From Fistulifera solaris (taxonomy: Eukaryota): a stretch of 64,000 nt of DNA. The DNA is taken from NCBI GenBank assembly GCA_030295235.1, contig AP026134.1, forward strand, positions 434,001 through 498,000. The letters are read 5' to 3'. Each line of letters begins with the position of its first letter. Position 1 is the first letter of the stretch. The notes under the pieces are model-generated. The model was given only the letters and a program-made list of their open reading frames with translations, ran no database searches and was not told the DNA's origin. The position numbers were made by a program, and so were the translations under genes. Positions 24,001 to 36,473 of the stretch are shown here, piece by piece.

Positions 24001-27000
24001 CCATGGAGTCATCTATTTTTGACGATTTTGTGGTTCCAAGAATGCTGGTCGGCGGGACCTCTGCGTCTTTTCCGGGATCAACAAAGCTCAGCATGCTTCA
24101 CAACAACAGCCTCCTTGTCGCGATAAAAACATACCTGAAGTCGAGTTGCAACTCCATCTCTCAATCGAGCCTTTGCAGTCCCCCCCAAATTTGGAACGAG
24201 CTAATGAGCGATTTGAAATGTACGGGTGCCGCTAGAAGACGTAAGTTGTTCTTATGCCAAGTGAAATGCAGCTGGCTTGTTTTTCTTATCTTTTTTTGCA
24301 GTTCTTCGAGAAATTGCAAGAGTTTTCGATAACTGCCAGACCGATCCAACAGAGTCTCCGATTGATTTTCTCGACAAGCAGAACTCAATTATAGCCGAGG
24401 TGTCCAGCGTTCTTCAGCTTCCTTGTGATGGAGAATCAATGCTGACAAGAGCCGAAGAGATATTGGCTGACATTTCTGATTGGTCGCAAATTGACTCGAG
24501 CTGTCTCATTCAACGCGCTCTTTCAATTATCGAAACTGCTGATAAGAAGCGTCTTGTCTTCGAAGTCGTTTTACACTGCATATCCGGGCGATCGGATCTA
24601 GCCGAATTTGCGGTACGAGTAGCGTCGAGATGCCTAATAGATAGATGCTTTTCATTGGTGCGCAGTACTGACACCAGCAATCAAAGACGCATTCCCGATT
24701 CCGGTCGTCCTCGGGATTTCTACGTCAACAGTCCGCGAGAATATGCTGGCAGCTCGAGTTGTGCTTGTGGCTACACAGGGGCGATAGCTTCCCTCTCTCT
24801 CCTTTAGGAATTAAGGAGTCTATTTGTGCGATTCGACTTGGGCTGCTGATCGCAAGCTGGAACCGTGACTATGCAAGTATACAAGCGTTAGTCGAAAATC
24901 CACCGGATTGTCCTCTTGATGAAAATACCGGACGCTTACTGTGGACAAGCTTATGCTGTAACGATTCTGAGAAGCCTCAGGTTAAAGAAAAAGGAGGTAC
25001 AAGCGGAGGTTGGGAGTTTTTGGTAGACTGTAAGCGCTCGCAGGCTACCGACATGCTGAAAGATAGGCCCACTGGATGTTTCATCATCCGTCCACATACA
25101 AAAGATCATGGTGTATTTACTCTTAGTTTCAAAACAAATCTAAAGCCAGTTAAGGAGGAAAAAGAAGACGAAGGGGAAGCAAATGCAGAAAGTCTTAGTG
25201 CTCAGCTGTCGGACCAAGAGTCGAGTAACGTATCGACTGGGCAAGCGACTAAGTCGGCCAAGAAGAACGATGTCGTTCAGCACGCGATCATCCGACTCTC
25301 TGAATCTGGGTTTCGGTGCGGTTCGTTTGGACCTTTTGCTTCTCTAATGAGTCTTCTAGAAGCAGTATCGGCATCGCTACCTTTTAAACTGCGTTTTGAC
25401 AAGCCGCCAGCAAATCACCTAATTCTTGACGAAGGATCTCAAACATCCCCGAATGCGGTTTTGATCCACAAACTCGCGGCATTAATTAAAGAAGATCATT
25501 CAGTCACAGATGAAATTCTTGTTGGAAAGGAAAATGCGTCTAGCGCTTTGCAAACCTCAGCGATATCAGGCAGGACGGATGTAAACGAGACGGCACAATT
25601 AGACAGAGTCAAAATCTTTTCGAGTTTCTTAAATCTCATGAAAGTATTGTCAATGTGTCGTCAACTCACAAGTGTGGCAGCTGTTACGAGTGATGATGAG
25701 TCGAAAGTACCAGAATGCGTTGAAAGTGATAAGGACTTGGACATCAACGCTTGCAGACAATATCAAGTGCTCGAAGCGCATCGAATACTTCATCCGTTCC
25801 TGTCTTGGTGTCGAGCCGCTGAGATTCTTGTCATGTCAGATTTCACGTCACATCCTCGGTGCGCAGTAAGACCCTTAGGAATTTCCGTCGCTGGCGCTTC
25901 GGAGGAATCGAAAGAAGTTCAAGCAGTTGATCGGGACCTCAGAGGTGACGGGATGCTGAGGAAAATGATCCAGCAAGGTTCTGGCGTAGAGTTTTCGACT
26001 CTTCGACTTGTTGATGGCGGTGAATGCACGATGGTTGTGTTATTCAAGAGAAATGATGCTCTTGAATGGCTGGTTTCAAGCGGATACGAGCAAAGTGAAG
26101 CAGAGGCAGCGAATCGGCTAGCATCGATGGAAAATGCAAGATTTATTGAGCCCGTCGACTTGAGCAAGTTAAGACTCAAGCACAAGGGTGCAGCAACAGA
26201 GGAGGTAGTAACTTATCGCTTCATAGATCCTTGGGAGGTCGAAGCCCTTGAAAATCGCGACGCAGAAACTCGTTCTGCAACCCTTGGACGCAATAAAGTC
26301 CTTGGTTTCCAGTTTGAAAAGAGTTTCTTTTGCGTTAGATCCACTCCTCTTGGCAATTGGTGGAGTGCCGCTGCTGGATCTGTGGAACAGCCTACTAGGG
26401 GGGAGTTATGTTGACCAAAGCGATTGCTTCTTTGCACCCTCCGTGGGAACGTGCAGCTGGGGGAGACTTGATCATTGGGAGTGAGTCGTCTCAGTCCCCC
26501 TACGTGAATAGTATTCGCAAAATGCTATACAGAGACTCGATCTTTCGGGCGCTCCGGTTGCCCCAGCGTTTTATTACACTATTACAGGTGGAATTACTGG
26601 ACTTGAAAAACTTGACGTCGCCCGGTGGTTCACTCGCTTTGACTGTGTATGCGCTGCTGCGACCCAAGCGAGCTGGCCATGGTGCGAACCTTACCAATAA
26701 GGCCCGTACACTCGATAGTGCCGCTACACAGCCAATTAAGCTAACGAAATCGTCAGGACCGAATGCTCCTGCGTCTTGGGGGAGTGTTGTCCGCTTCCGT
26801 TTTGCCCTTCCGGAAGACGTACCCATGGACGGCACGAGTAGAGATTCCGACCAAGAGAGTATATTCAAGGGCCCACCAACTTTCCTGCAGTTGTCCGTGT
26901 ACGAAAAGAAGCTTTTGGTCGATCACTTACTTGGTTCTGCAGACGTTTCCATGGATGGTCTTTGGCCCGGAGGTCAACTGGAAGAGTGGGTACCGCTTCG

Positions 27001-27235
27001 ATCGGACAAAAGCAGCATTACATGGTTTGCCCGGATCCGACTGACCCTCCGATTTGAACTGATGTGTTTAGCGGAGAAAGGGTCCGAGGCACCGGACCGA
27101 GAAGCTCCCAGCGTTGGTTTACGACGAATTGAAGAGCTAAGTCGAGCCGGGGGTGCCGCCCATGAGGAACGTTTCGAGAAGCGGTCGTTGAGCTCCCCGG
27201 ATTTACTTAGTTACTTTGAAAGTATGGTTTACTAA
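18012..27235 (+). CDS. Giant DMXL/Rav1 (Rabconnectin-3 alpha/RAVE)-like protein with added PDZ, 26-aa repeats, SH2, DEP and C2 domains; broken by many frameshifts
   Basis: LVHNAAVTTLSFRG..NDLLLTHCARDSVARIF resembles DMXL LAHPRAVTGFSWR..NVLLTSCHDGVCRLW. GRLAAEKNAFSLLRKNKHRAAASFFLL (~22537-22617) resembles Rav1p_C. The same-strand ORFs tile the region continuously. Confidence 0.72.
23375..24030 (+). repeat. Coding tandem repeat, 78-bp (26-aa) unit, 9 unit starts, with an alternating A/B higher-order structure
   Basis: ggtgcSat unit starts at 23375, 23453, 23531, 23609, 23687, 23764, 23842, 23919 and 23997. The unit encodes GAMESSIFDDFSGPPKQAQQPNHSAP-like sequence. Confidence 0.95.
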
Positions 27236-27806
27236 AGTGGATGGATAAAAGGACATTTTCCAAAAAGTATGGTGATGGTGTTCTTTATACCTGTTTTGCT
27301 TCATGGTCAAACGTTTTCATTTGAAGTGATTCATTTCCCAAACCAGTGGTTAGTCACACCATCTGTATCAAAATGATGCTTTCTTACATTCCGCTTCCAG
27401 GCCGGTACAGACATCAAGCTGAATTGGATTTTCGTCCCCCTTTTCTTTCTTTCTACTCCGTGTTAAATATTGATGCTATTTCGCAAGTGAAATTGACGCT
27501 AGTTCATTGAAGCTAATTCATTGAAACAGCATTGTAAACAATGGTTAGGACGTAGTACTTGTACCTGGTACTGCCCTGAAATGATCAAGGTCGACGATGG
27601 ACGGGACTGAAAACATTGAGTCGTCGGACTGAAAGGGAACCTACATTTAAAGGGATAGTCTAGAATAAGAGATACTGTATGTCGCTCCGCAAATTGCTGC
27701 CCGTCGCCCGTCGTTGGTGGGGATTTTTTTAGTGGCCCGTGTTGACTTCGTAATTTGTAACATTTGTGTGTCGGTCGGAGACCGTTGGCGTTTGGCCGCT
27801 GTTGTT

Positions 27807-27833
27807 TGGAGAGAGCGAGAGAGAGAGAGAGAG
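27807..27833. repeat. (GA)n microsatellite upstream of adenylosuccinate synthetase
   Basis: gagagagcgagagagagagagagag seen directly. Confidence 0.8.
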
Positions 27834-27900
27834 TTTCTCGATCGGTTAGCTTTCTTGAAACCAGTCTATCTATCTTTCTATTTCGGCTATTACGACGAGC

Positions 27901-29543
27901 ATGTTTCGAACGGCCTTTTCGAAAAGCCGAGGAGCGGCATGGGCTTTGGGCGCGACGGCTGGAAGTGCCGTTACTGGGTTGGTAAGAAAGATTTTGACTT
28001 GTTTCGAAAGCGCGACTTGAATAAAAGACTGAGAAAGCTAATACCGACATTCATTCGTTTCAGATCTGGACTTCACAGCAAGAGACACCTGCTTCCTGTA
28101 GCAGTGACAACACCTCTGTCTTGGGAATGCTGCAACAAGTTTCACAACGACTGGAACATCTAGAGCAGTTGGTCGGTGGCAAGAGTCTTAACAACGCCAG
28201 CCAACGTTCTTCCACAAAAGATTCACCTCGCATCGATATCGTCCTCGGCGCGCAGTGGGGTGATGAAGGAAAAGGAAAGCTGGTAGACATGCTTTCCTCA
28301 GGAGGATACGATGTTTGTGCGCGTGTCGCGGGCGGATCGAATGCGGGTCATACCATTGTGGTGGAAGGCAAAAAGTACAAATTTCACCTTTGCCCAGTGG
28401 AGTATTGAATCCGAACGCCGTTTGCGTGATCGGTAACGGTGTTGTGGTGCACATTCCGTCTTTTTTGAATGAACTTGACAGTCTCACGGCCGCCGGTGTC
28501 GATTGGAAGGGACGGGTCCTCTTGAGTGATCGAGCGCACCTGGTGTTCGATTTGCATCAAGAAGTCGATGGCATGTCGGAAGCGGGTTTGGGACGACACA
28601 AGTTGGGAACGACGAAAAAGGTATTGGACCCGCGTATGCGTCCAAGATCAATCGCACCGGACTACGCGTGGGAGATTTGCAAGATGACAGCTGGGATAAC
28701 TTCGAGAGACGCTTCCGGAACCTGGTAGAATCTCACAAGCAGGCATTCCCCTCGCTAGAAGTGGACATTGACGAGCAGCTCGCCTACTACAAGGCCGTTG
28801 CCCCTCGCGTACAAGAAATGATGGTGGATACCATTCAGTACACAAATCAACAATACGACCAAGGCAAACGCATTTTGGTCGAAGGTGCGAATGCTACGAT
28901 GCTGGACATTGATTTCGGTACCTACCCGTTCGTGACAAGTAGTAATCCATCGGTGGGATCCGTGTTGACTGGATTGGGTGTCAGCCCAAGGAAGTTGGGA
29001 GGCATTTACGGGACGGTCAAGGCTTACTGCACTCGCGTGGGAGAAGGACCCTTCCCCACCGAGTTGCCCGTGGAAAAGAACAGTCCCGGCTTTCATCTCG
29101 GTCACGTGGGTGCCGAGTACGGAACAACGACTGGACGTCCGCGTCGCGTGGGATGGTTGGATATCCCGCAAATGAAGTATTCAGCAACATTGAATGGCTT
29201 CACCAGCTTGAACTTGACGAAAGTAGATGTCCTCACTGGACTCGAAACAGTGAAATTGGGAGTTTCCTACAAATACAAAGGCAAGTATCTGGACTCGATG
29301 CCGGCCAACTTAAAAGTCCTTGAGGATGTTGAAGTGGAATTTGAAGAACTCCCGGGATGGAAGGAAGACATTTCATCGTGCAGGACGTTCGAGGAGCTAC
29401 CAATGAATTGTCAGACCTACATTCTGCGTGTGCAAGAACTGATTGGCGTGCCAATTCGGTGGATTGGCGTGGGCCCGAATCGGGCGGATGTCATTGACCG
29501 TGGCGTAGGATGGGACTTATCAGAGTCACCATCTCAATCATAA
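27901..29543 (+). CDS. ADSS: Adenylosuccinate synthetase; exon 27901-27981, intron 27982-28063; frameshifts near 28395 and 28620
   Basis: Motifs [71 protein letters not shown] and TKVDVL. Confidence 0.95.
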
Positions 29544-29581
29544 AATTAAAGCAATCCATTCTATTCTTTTTCTTCGATTCA

Positions 29582-29602
29582 GTTTTGTTTTGTTTTGTTT
29601 TG

Positions 29603-29633
<31 letters not shown>

Positions 29634-29646
29634 GTTTTGTTTTTGT
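29582..29646. repeat. (GTTTT)n microsatellite in the ADSS 3' region
   Basis: About 12 GTTTT/GTTTTT units seen directly. Confidence 0.92.
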
Positions 29647-29938
29647 TGTCTGTTTGCTATTTTATTGAACAGCCCAAAGTAGGCGAGACACCCAGTTCAA
29701 TCCATTTATTGAGTCCCGTGATTTGCGTCAGCATTTCTGAAAAAGTTCCACTCGCGATCTGCGATCTTCCAACCTCAACTGGATCGTACTCTTTGGTCGT
29801 TACGTCACTGAGGCCTGTGTAGATTTTCTACCAGCCGATGGATCGCGACATGGCAAAAAGCCAGCAACAAAGCAACCCCAATAGTTCATCATCATCGACA
29901 TCTCTCGTTCCTTTTCATTACAACCTCAATTACTCAAC

Positions 29939-30771
29939 ATGAAGACCGCTATCCTTGCCTGCTTGCTGTCTAGTGCTGCGGCCTTTGCGCCCGCACAAAA
30001 GGTCAGTGAACGATTGAGCGGCGAAATTCTGATAGTCGCCCGAACGCGATCAACGAGCATTGCAGTTGTTTTACGTAAAAGGACCGAAAGTGCCTGGGAG
30101 CTGATTCGCTCTCTTCTGAAGCTTTTCGTTCAGTCTTTTTTTACGGAAGATTCCACTATGAAATGATAGTTTATGCTAGTCATAATTGTGTTCCCTTTCT
30201 CACGACATTTGTTTCATTTATCGTCTTATCACAGTCGGCAAAGACTTCTGCCTTGAACGCGGAGATGTCCAAGTCGATCCCTTTCTTGACCGCCCCCAAG
30301 AACACAGCTGGATGGGTTGGTGATGTCGGCTTTGACCCGCTCGGTTTTTCGGACTACTTTGACATGAAATGGTTGCGAGAATCCGAGATCAAGCACTCTC
30401 GTGCGGCCATGTTGGCTTCCCTCGGTTTCGTGGTGCAACAGTTCGTGACGCTTCCCGGCATGCCCGATGTTGATGATTCCATGTTGGCTCCCGCTGCCGT
30501 GGGACCCAGCCCTATGTTGCAAATTTTCTTCGGACTCGGAGTTTTGGAATTTTGGTCCAACAACGGAAAGGTCACCATCGAAAACATGTTCTCAGACTCG
30601 AGCCGAGTCCCCGGAAACTTCGGTTTTGACCCTCTCGGCATGGCTAAGGGCAAATCGGCGGAGGCCATGGCCGATATGGAATTGAAAGAGATCAAAAACG
30701 GCCGACTTGCCATGTGCGCCATTGGAGGTATGATGGCCCACAACATTGTCACCGGTGAACCTCTTCTCTAA
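29939..30771 (+). CDS. Light-harvesting fucoxanthin-chlorophyll protein, Lhcr-type; intron 30002-30234
   Basis: Bipartite presequence MKTAILACLLSSAAA-FAP; motifs SKSIPFL, GDVGFDPLGF, WLRESEIKHSRAAMLA, GNFGFDPLG and KEIKNGRLAMCA. Confidence 0.93.
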
Positions 30772-31839
30772 GTCGTTTATGCACAACCACGCAGTTGGTG
30801 GAATTGCCATATTGGGCTTTTCCGATGCTGGCGAGACCATTCTAAGAGGATAGAGCTAGTGCAGCCATAGTACTTTTCTCTTCTGTTATTCTGTAGTCTG
30901 CTTGACACATCTCTACAGTCTCTTGTTTATTGAGTTGGTCTCGTTAAGATCAAAGCTTTTGCATTGAAAACAAACACAAAGACACCACTACATCATCATA
31001 CTTCCCAACGATTAGTACGGTGTTCGTTAGAATCTCGCAAAGAACACCGTAATCGTCGGTCCCATTGCAATCTAATAGTAAACTTGTCTCAAGCAATGAT
31101 TAGTGGTAATGACAATCTTGGTGTAAGAGGCGATTACTTCGAAGAGGCCATTTCATTTCGTCCTCGTCTCTTAGACACTCGTTCTCGGGACTAGAAAACA
31201 CGCCGCTACGATATTAGAGAACACGCTCGTGCGGCGGAACGTAATGCGATTAGTGTACAAAAATTCCTGGAGCGAACAGTGTACGTGAAAGCAAAGGGGC
31301 ATGTTTGGTGGGGGGAATGGCGCCGCGCCGCGATAAGACAGAAAAAACCATCATAATCAGAAGATAATGGTGTCGAGTGTGACCTTAGTTCGATAAACTT
31401 CCTTCTGCGGCTACATGAGAGGCACGTAGACTTTCGGAATATTGTCGAGAAGCATTTTCCCATGTTTTTAGTCGAAAGAAGTATCGCTTATTGATAAAAG
31501 ACACGATTAGACTATGTTGGAGGAGGGATGACAAAGGTGCAAAATAGAGGTGAAATGGCCGGGTATTCGTCCATTGATAAAAATTTCCTACGACAGCTAC
31601 GTAAAACGCACGTACAAGGTACCGGTACGGTACAGTACCGGGTACACTCTCGTCCCGTTGTCACACTCCTCTTTCCTGTTGTCGCAGCACGAACGAGTTT
31701 ACTAGTAGGTAGTATGAGACACGTCATACCTGGGTTTACCGTTCGTTTCACTTTACTAAAAATCGATTGCAATCCTCGATTTAATTTAAACTCATTGAAG
31801 TCAAGAAACTGATTCAACACAACTCCAAAGTATTCAACA

Positions 31840-32634
31840 ATGAGCTACCGCGGAAACAAACGCATTTCTACCAAGCGCAAATTCGTCGCTGATGGTGTTT
31901 TTTACGCCGAACTCAACGAACTTTTGATTTCCGAGTTGGCCGAGGATGGTTATGCCGGTGTGGAAGTTCGCACCACTCCCCACCGTACCGAGCTCATTAT
32001 CCGTGCCACCCGCACCCAGAATGTTCTCGGTGAGAACAACCGTCGCATCCGTGAGTTGACCTCTGTTGTCCAGAAGCGTTTCAACTTTGCGGATGGTGCT
32101 GTTGAATTGTACGCCGAACGAGTTCAAAACCGTGGTCTCTGTGCCCAGGCGCAGGCGGAATCCCTCAAATTCAAGCTTCTCGGAGGACTTGCTGTCCGTC
32201 GTGCTTGCTACGGTGTTGTTCGTTTCGTCATGGAAGCCAGCGCCAAGGGTTGTGAAGTTATCGTCACTGGAAAGCTTCGTGGTCAGCGTGCCAAGGCAAT
32301 GAAATTCGGCGACGGTTACATGATCAAGACGGGTCATGCCGGACAAGTTTACACCGATGTTGCCGTTCGCCACGTACTCATGCGTCAGGGTGTTATTGGC
32401 ATCAAAGTCAAGATCTTTTTGCCTCAGGACCCCAAGGGAGTCATCGGACCCAAGATCCCGCTCGATGATGTTGTCACTATTTTGGAGCCCAAGGAGGAAT
32501 TGAGTCCTGCTGCTATGCTCGCCCAACAACAAGCTGCCGCTGTTGCCGCCTACAGTGCTCCTCCTCCCATGATGGAGGCTAGCATGCCGGTGGATGTTAT
32601 GGGAGTCGACCCCGCCGCTCAAGCTGGTTTCTAA
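31840..32634 (+). CDS. RPS3: 40S ribosomal protein S3 (uS3)
   Basis: Motifs [41 protein letters not shown] and GKLRGQRAK. Confidence 0.98.
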   Translation: MSYRGNKRISTKRKFVADGVFYAELNELLISELAEDGYAGVEVRTTPHRTELIIRATRTQNVLGENNRRIRELTSVVQKRFNFADGAVELYAERVQNRGLCAQAQAESLKFKLLGGLAVRRACYGVVRFVMEASAKGCEVIVTGKLRGQRAKAMKFGDGYMIKTGHAGQVYTDVAVRHVLMRQGVIGIKVKIFLPQDPKGVIGPKIPLDDVVTILEPKEELSPAAMLAQQQAAAVAAYSAPPPMMEASMPVDVMGVDPAAQAGF

Positions 32635-33253
32635 ATCTTACAAAAAATTAGTTGTTGATCACTTCTTGCTTGTATTTATTGTATCATTCGTTGTGAAAGT
32701 TCGTTTAGAAACACATATTAGCTTTTTAATTGAAAAGGAGTCGATGGATCTTGACATCAAGAAGGGGCTTATCAGGTAACCTAAAGGCGCAGACGATAGC
32801 TAAAGCCAGCTTCGGCTTGGTCGTAGGTCGTAGGTCGTGGTAATCTTCATATTCAAACGAGAAGAATTCCAGATTCCCTTGCCAGCCACGCGCCACGCGA
32901 CACCTGCCACCTGCCACCGACCGCGGCTAGCTAGAGGCTGCGCGCAACCGCACTGTCCCAAAGCCAGAAGGTGGTTCAAAGCGATCATCTGTTCCAAACC
33001 AAGAAGTATAGTAGACTGTGTACCCGCTCCACGACAGCTATAGCCCGTACGTAAGTATTTTTGTGCAAAGAAAAGCGACGAACACATTCTCTTTTCTCTT
33101 TTGCCATCAAACAGATTGTATTCCAAGATACTTTTGATTTTTGATTCACCAATCGACGAACAAAGGTTTTTTCTTCTTTGCGGTTCGCATCTGCATTCAA
33201 AAGATCCCATCAATCCGCCAATCCAATCATAAACTACAAGCCAACAAGAAAAC

Positions 33254-34040
33254 ATGAAGTTTTTCTCTGCCGTCTTCCTCTTGACTACATCTACCTTGAC
33301 CAGTGCATTCGTTGCACACCGGGCTGCGTTTGTCACGAAGACACAACTTTTCGCTGCCCATCCAGATGCAAGTGCTGCGATTGAGGCCGCCGTAAAAGCG
33401 TCGAAAACTTACGGGCCCACTTCTCCGGAAGCACGCGTGGCTTGGGAAGTTGTTGAGGATATTGCTGCCTCGGACAACAGGTAAGACGCCTTCTTCGAAA
33501 CATTGAAAACGAATCTTTACGTCTCCTCACCGATCGATCGCATCATCTCTGCTGGTGAATGATAGTGCCGCATCCAAAGGAACTCTCGACGAAGAATGTG
33601 ACTGGATGGACGAAAACAACCGTCTGTGCATGGAATACGACACGAAGAAAGAGAAACTTGCGGAAGCTATCAAATCAACGTTTGATCTCAACTCTATGCA
33701 GAAGCAACTGGAGCGTATCAAGGCTATGGCGGAGGAAGTTCAAGCCATCAAGATTCCAGTAGCGGCTTCTCAGCCCAGCAAAACGACTCCGCAAACGGCT
33801 GCTGCTTTACAAGCGGCCAAGGATGCCGTAGCCAAGTACGGTGCGAGCTCTAGCGAAGCCAAGATGGCTTGGGAGGAGTTGGAAGAGATAGCTAGTTCCG
33901 GTTTGTCCAATTCCATCGGTAAGCGACTTGACGAAGAATGTTTAGTAGAAACAGCCATGGAAGCTTGCATGGCATTGGAAGAGTTGAACCGAGTGATGAA
34001 CTTGGATAAGACCAAGAACGATTCTGGATTGAATGCCTAA
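33254..34040 (+). CDS. Plastid-targeted CP12-like protein with two CP12-type modules; intron 33481-33565
   Basis: Signal peptide + TSA-F motif; SPEARVAWEVVEDI and SSEAKMAWEELEEI, each followed by an LDEEC..C Cys pair. GTAAGA...ATAG joins the exons in frame (DNSAASKG). Confidence 0.75.
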
Positions 34041-35197
34041 AGAAGATGTGCGATTATCGACCTTGAGTAATTTTCCCTTATAGTGGAATTTCAGCCGATA
34101 CCTTTGAAACGAAAGCCTTTCTTTGAGTAGCTCAAGTTTTCTTTTTGTAGATGCTTGTTGTGAACGAAATCAGAACGAAATCAAAACAAGCCATAAGTGA
34201 ATTTCTCATTCGTGTCACCATCATCCACAGAAGAGCTATCCCGCTCTTTACCCTCAAGATTTTTACGCAGAATGGTCTTGCTTGGCATGTTATTTTTGGA
34301 GTTGCTTCCTTCGACGAGATGACTATGTATTACAAAAGTAAAATGGGCATGGCGCGTCGTTCAGTACCTTCTCCACTGGAAGATTTTGGTTGCGTGGCTT
34401 ATTTTAAGGCCAGATTTTTTTTGGTCGTTGTTCATTTGAAGTCTTGAAGTATTCTATAGGGATGGCTACCTGGTACTTGTTAGTGGCTGGGGTTACCTCT
34501 GACTGAATTTCAGTCTCGAGTCTTGTCATCATTACTCCGTATTATTTACCGTTGCAGTGTTATTTGCAGTACCAGTAAACTTACTGTACCTGGTACCGGT
34601 AGGGAGTTTTTGGCACTCGGAAGTAGCTACTACTTGTTGTACCCCGCTGGCCGCTGGTATTTTTGGAAGTCGGAAACCAACATTTTCACATGCAAAAGGA
34701 AGACAGGTCGAAATTTGGCAGCAGAATCGCCGCCATGATACACACTCTGTTATGAACTTCTCCTCATTTATATGCGTCCCCATAAATATCACGAGGAAAG
34801 AAGTCTTGAAGAGTATCGAACCATTCAAAGCGGCTTAGAGTCTCATTAGCAAGTAAAAGAAGCCCAGAAAAACGTGTGAAATAACAAAAAGGCGATTTGC
34901 GAAATATTCGGTCCTTGAACTTTCCTTCCATTAGTTGTAAGAATAATGTCTTCTCCAGACCACAAAGCGAATTTGCTGCTTATTGTCAAGATATTAGCAT
35001 TCGTGCTCTTTATTTCGACAAGATATCAAGGTGAGAGATGGCTACAATTTTCACAGCTAGCAGCATGCCTCACTTTTGAATTGTTCTATTTTTTCAAATT
35101 TCTCACACTATTTCCATCATTCGTTTCTCGATAAGTCAACAAAGCAAATGATTTAATTCAAAAGACAGCAATACGACGTAATGAACTGTACCTGGTA

Positions 35198-36007
35198 GTG
35201 AACGGTCAATGTCAGTCGGATCTACAGGAATTCTGCGAGTTTCCGCTCACGAGACTTGATGACATTGGGGCAAGTGAACTGGACTTGGAAGCCGGCGATA
35301 AGCATACCGTTCCGGTTCAAGAAACACGCACTGTCATCGCTGTGACTCCTACTAAACTTCCCGCAGCATCAGAAGAAACATCTATCAGCAAACTTCTGTT
35401 CCCCCTGGAGTGTTTAAAAACAGCTAGGATAGAGCAGCGCGTGACTCCAGCGTGTAGCTTCGCTTTGGATCAGTTGCAAAGCGTTTCGGAGCTACAGCAT
35501 CAACAAGAGTTGAATCGAGTTCCCGCCTTGTGGGTATTCAAGACCTCTTGGACGTTTTTCTTTTCACCGGTCTTTTTCTTTCTTTTGCCTGGCTTGTGGA
35601 CATGAATGGTTTGGTGCGCTATGCGTGTTCGCGATATAGCGGTGGCAAATACTTCATTGCCTTATTTTTTATGGTTCTGGTTCTTTTTATTCAATTGTGC
35701 CATGGCCCCTTTGGTTTTCTACATGGTGCTCTGGTTTTTCTACTTGTACGGCGAAGAAAGGAAGGCGATGGCAACAAAGACGGATCTTGTCCAGACAGGA
35801 AGCAGGAATGCAATTCGAGGACTCAGCAAAGTTGCAAACTGCGATTTCTGCTGCAAGACCCATTCCGGCGCCCACAATGCATCAGTGGTCGCGGAAAGTT
35901 GTTGCGAATGCTGCAAGGATACTTGCCTTGGCGATGATGAAAGCGCTGCTGTTTTTGACGCGGCGATCGAAGAAGAGAATTTTATCGTGAAGGGAACTGA
36001 GTGCTAG
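35198..36007 (+). CDS. Hypothetical membrane protein with a Cys-rich C-terminal tail; frames disrupted
   Basis: Three overlapping ORFs carry hydrophobic stretches and a CDFCCK/SCCECCK tail. The exact model is unresolved. Confidence 0.4.
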
Positions 36008-36473
36008 TCGGTCTTTGTTGCGTAATATCTAAAGAATTTGTATCTTTTTTACCTTCATCTTGTGCAAGGGACCGTCCATAGTAACTGTATTATCCTTATG
36101 TGTTTTTGCGACCTATACTAGCAAATAGACGCCAAAGCTTGGCTCAATGGCACACTCGCTATAGCTTGATGTGTTCTGCACACATACTGCATTTCAATCG
36201 TTGCCCGCCTTCTTGACAGTCCAAATAGATCATTCACGAACATTCTAAGGGAAGAAAGAAGGAAAGCTTTCCATTTATTGAGGTATCGGAGAGTGAGAAT
36301 TTCTATGCAGGAGTAAAAACGGGTTTTATTCCTACCAACTTAGTCAATAAACAGAGAATAGACATAAAAAGGATCAAAACTCAGTCAGTCAGCACTTTGC
36401 TGTTGTTACACGATACAGAGTATTTACTAAATTGTGCACACTAAACCCATTAAAAGACGAGTAACGCGACCAA

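Noticed and set aside
31834..32622. 262-aa antisense ORF over RPS3, and similar shadow ORFs over other genes
   Set aside because: Codon-bias shadows of real sense-strand genes.
35603..35605. In-frame TGA between ORFs 35198-35605 and 35606-36007 as selenocysteine
   Set aside because: There is no redox motif or recognisable SECIS, and a frameshifted path through the overlapping ORF explains the region equally well.
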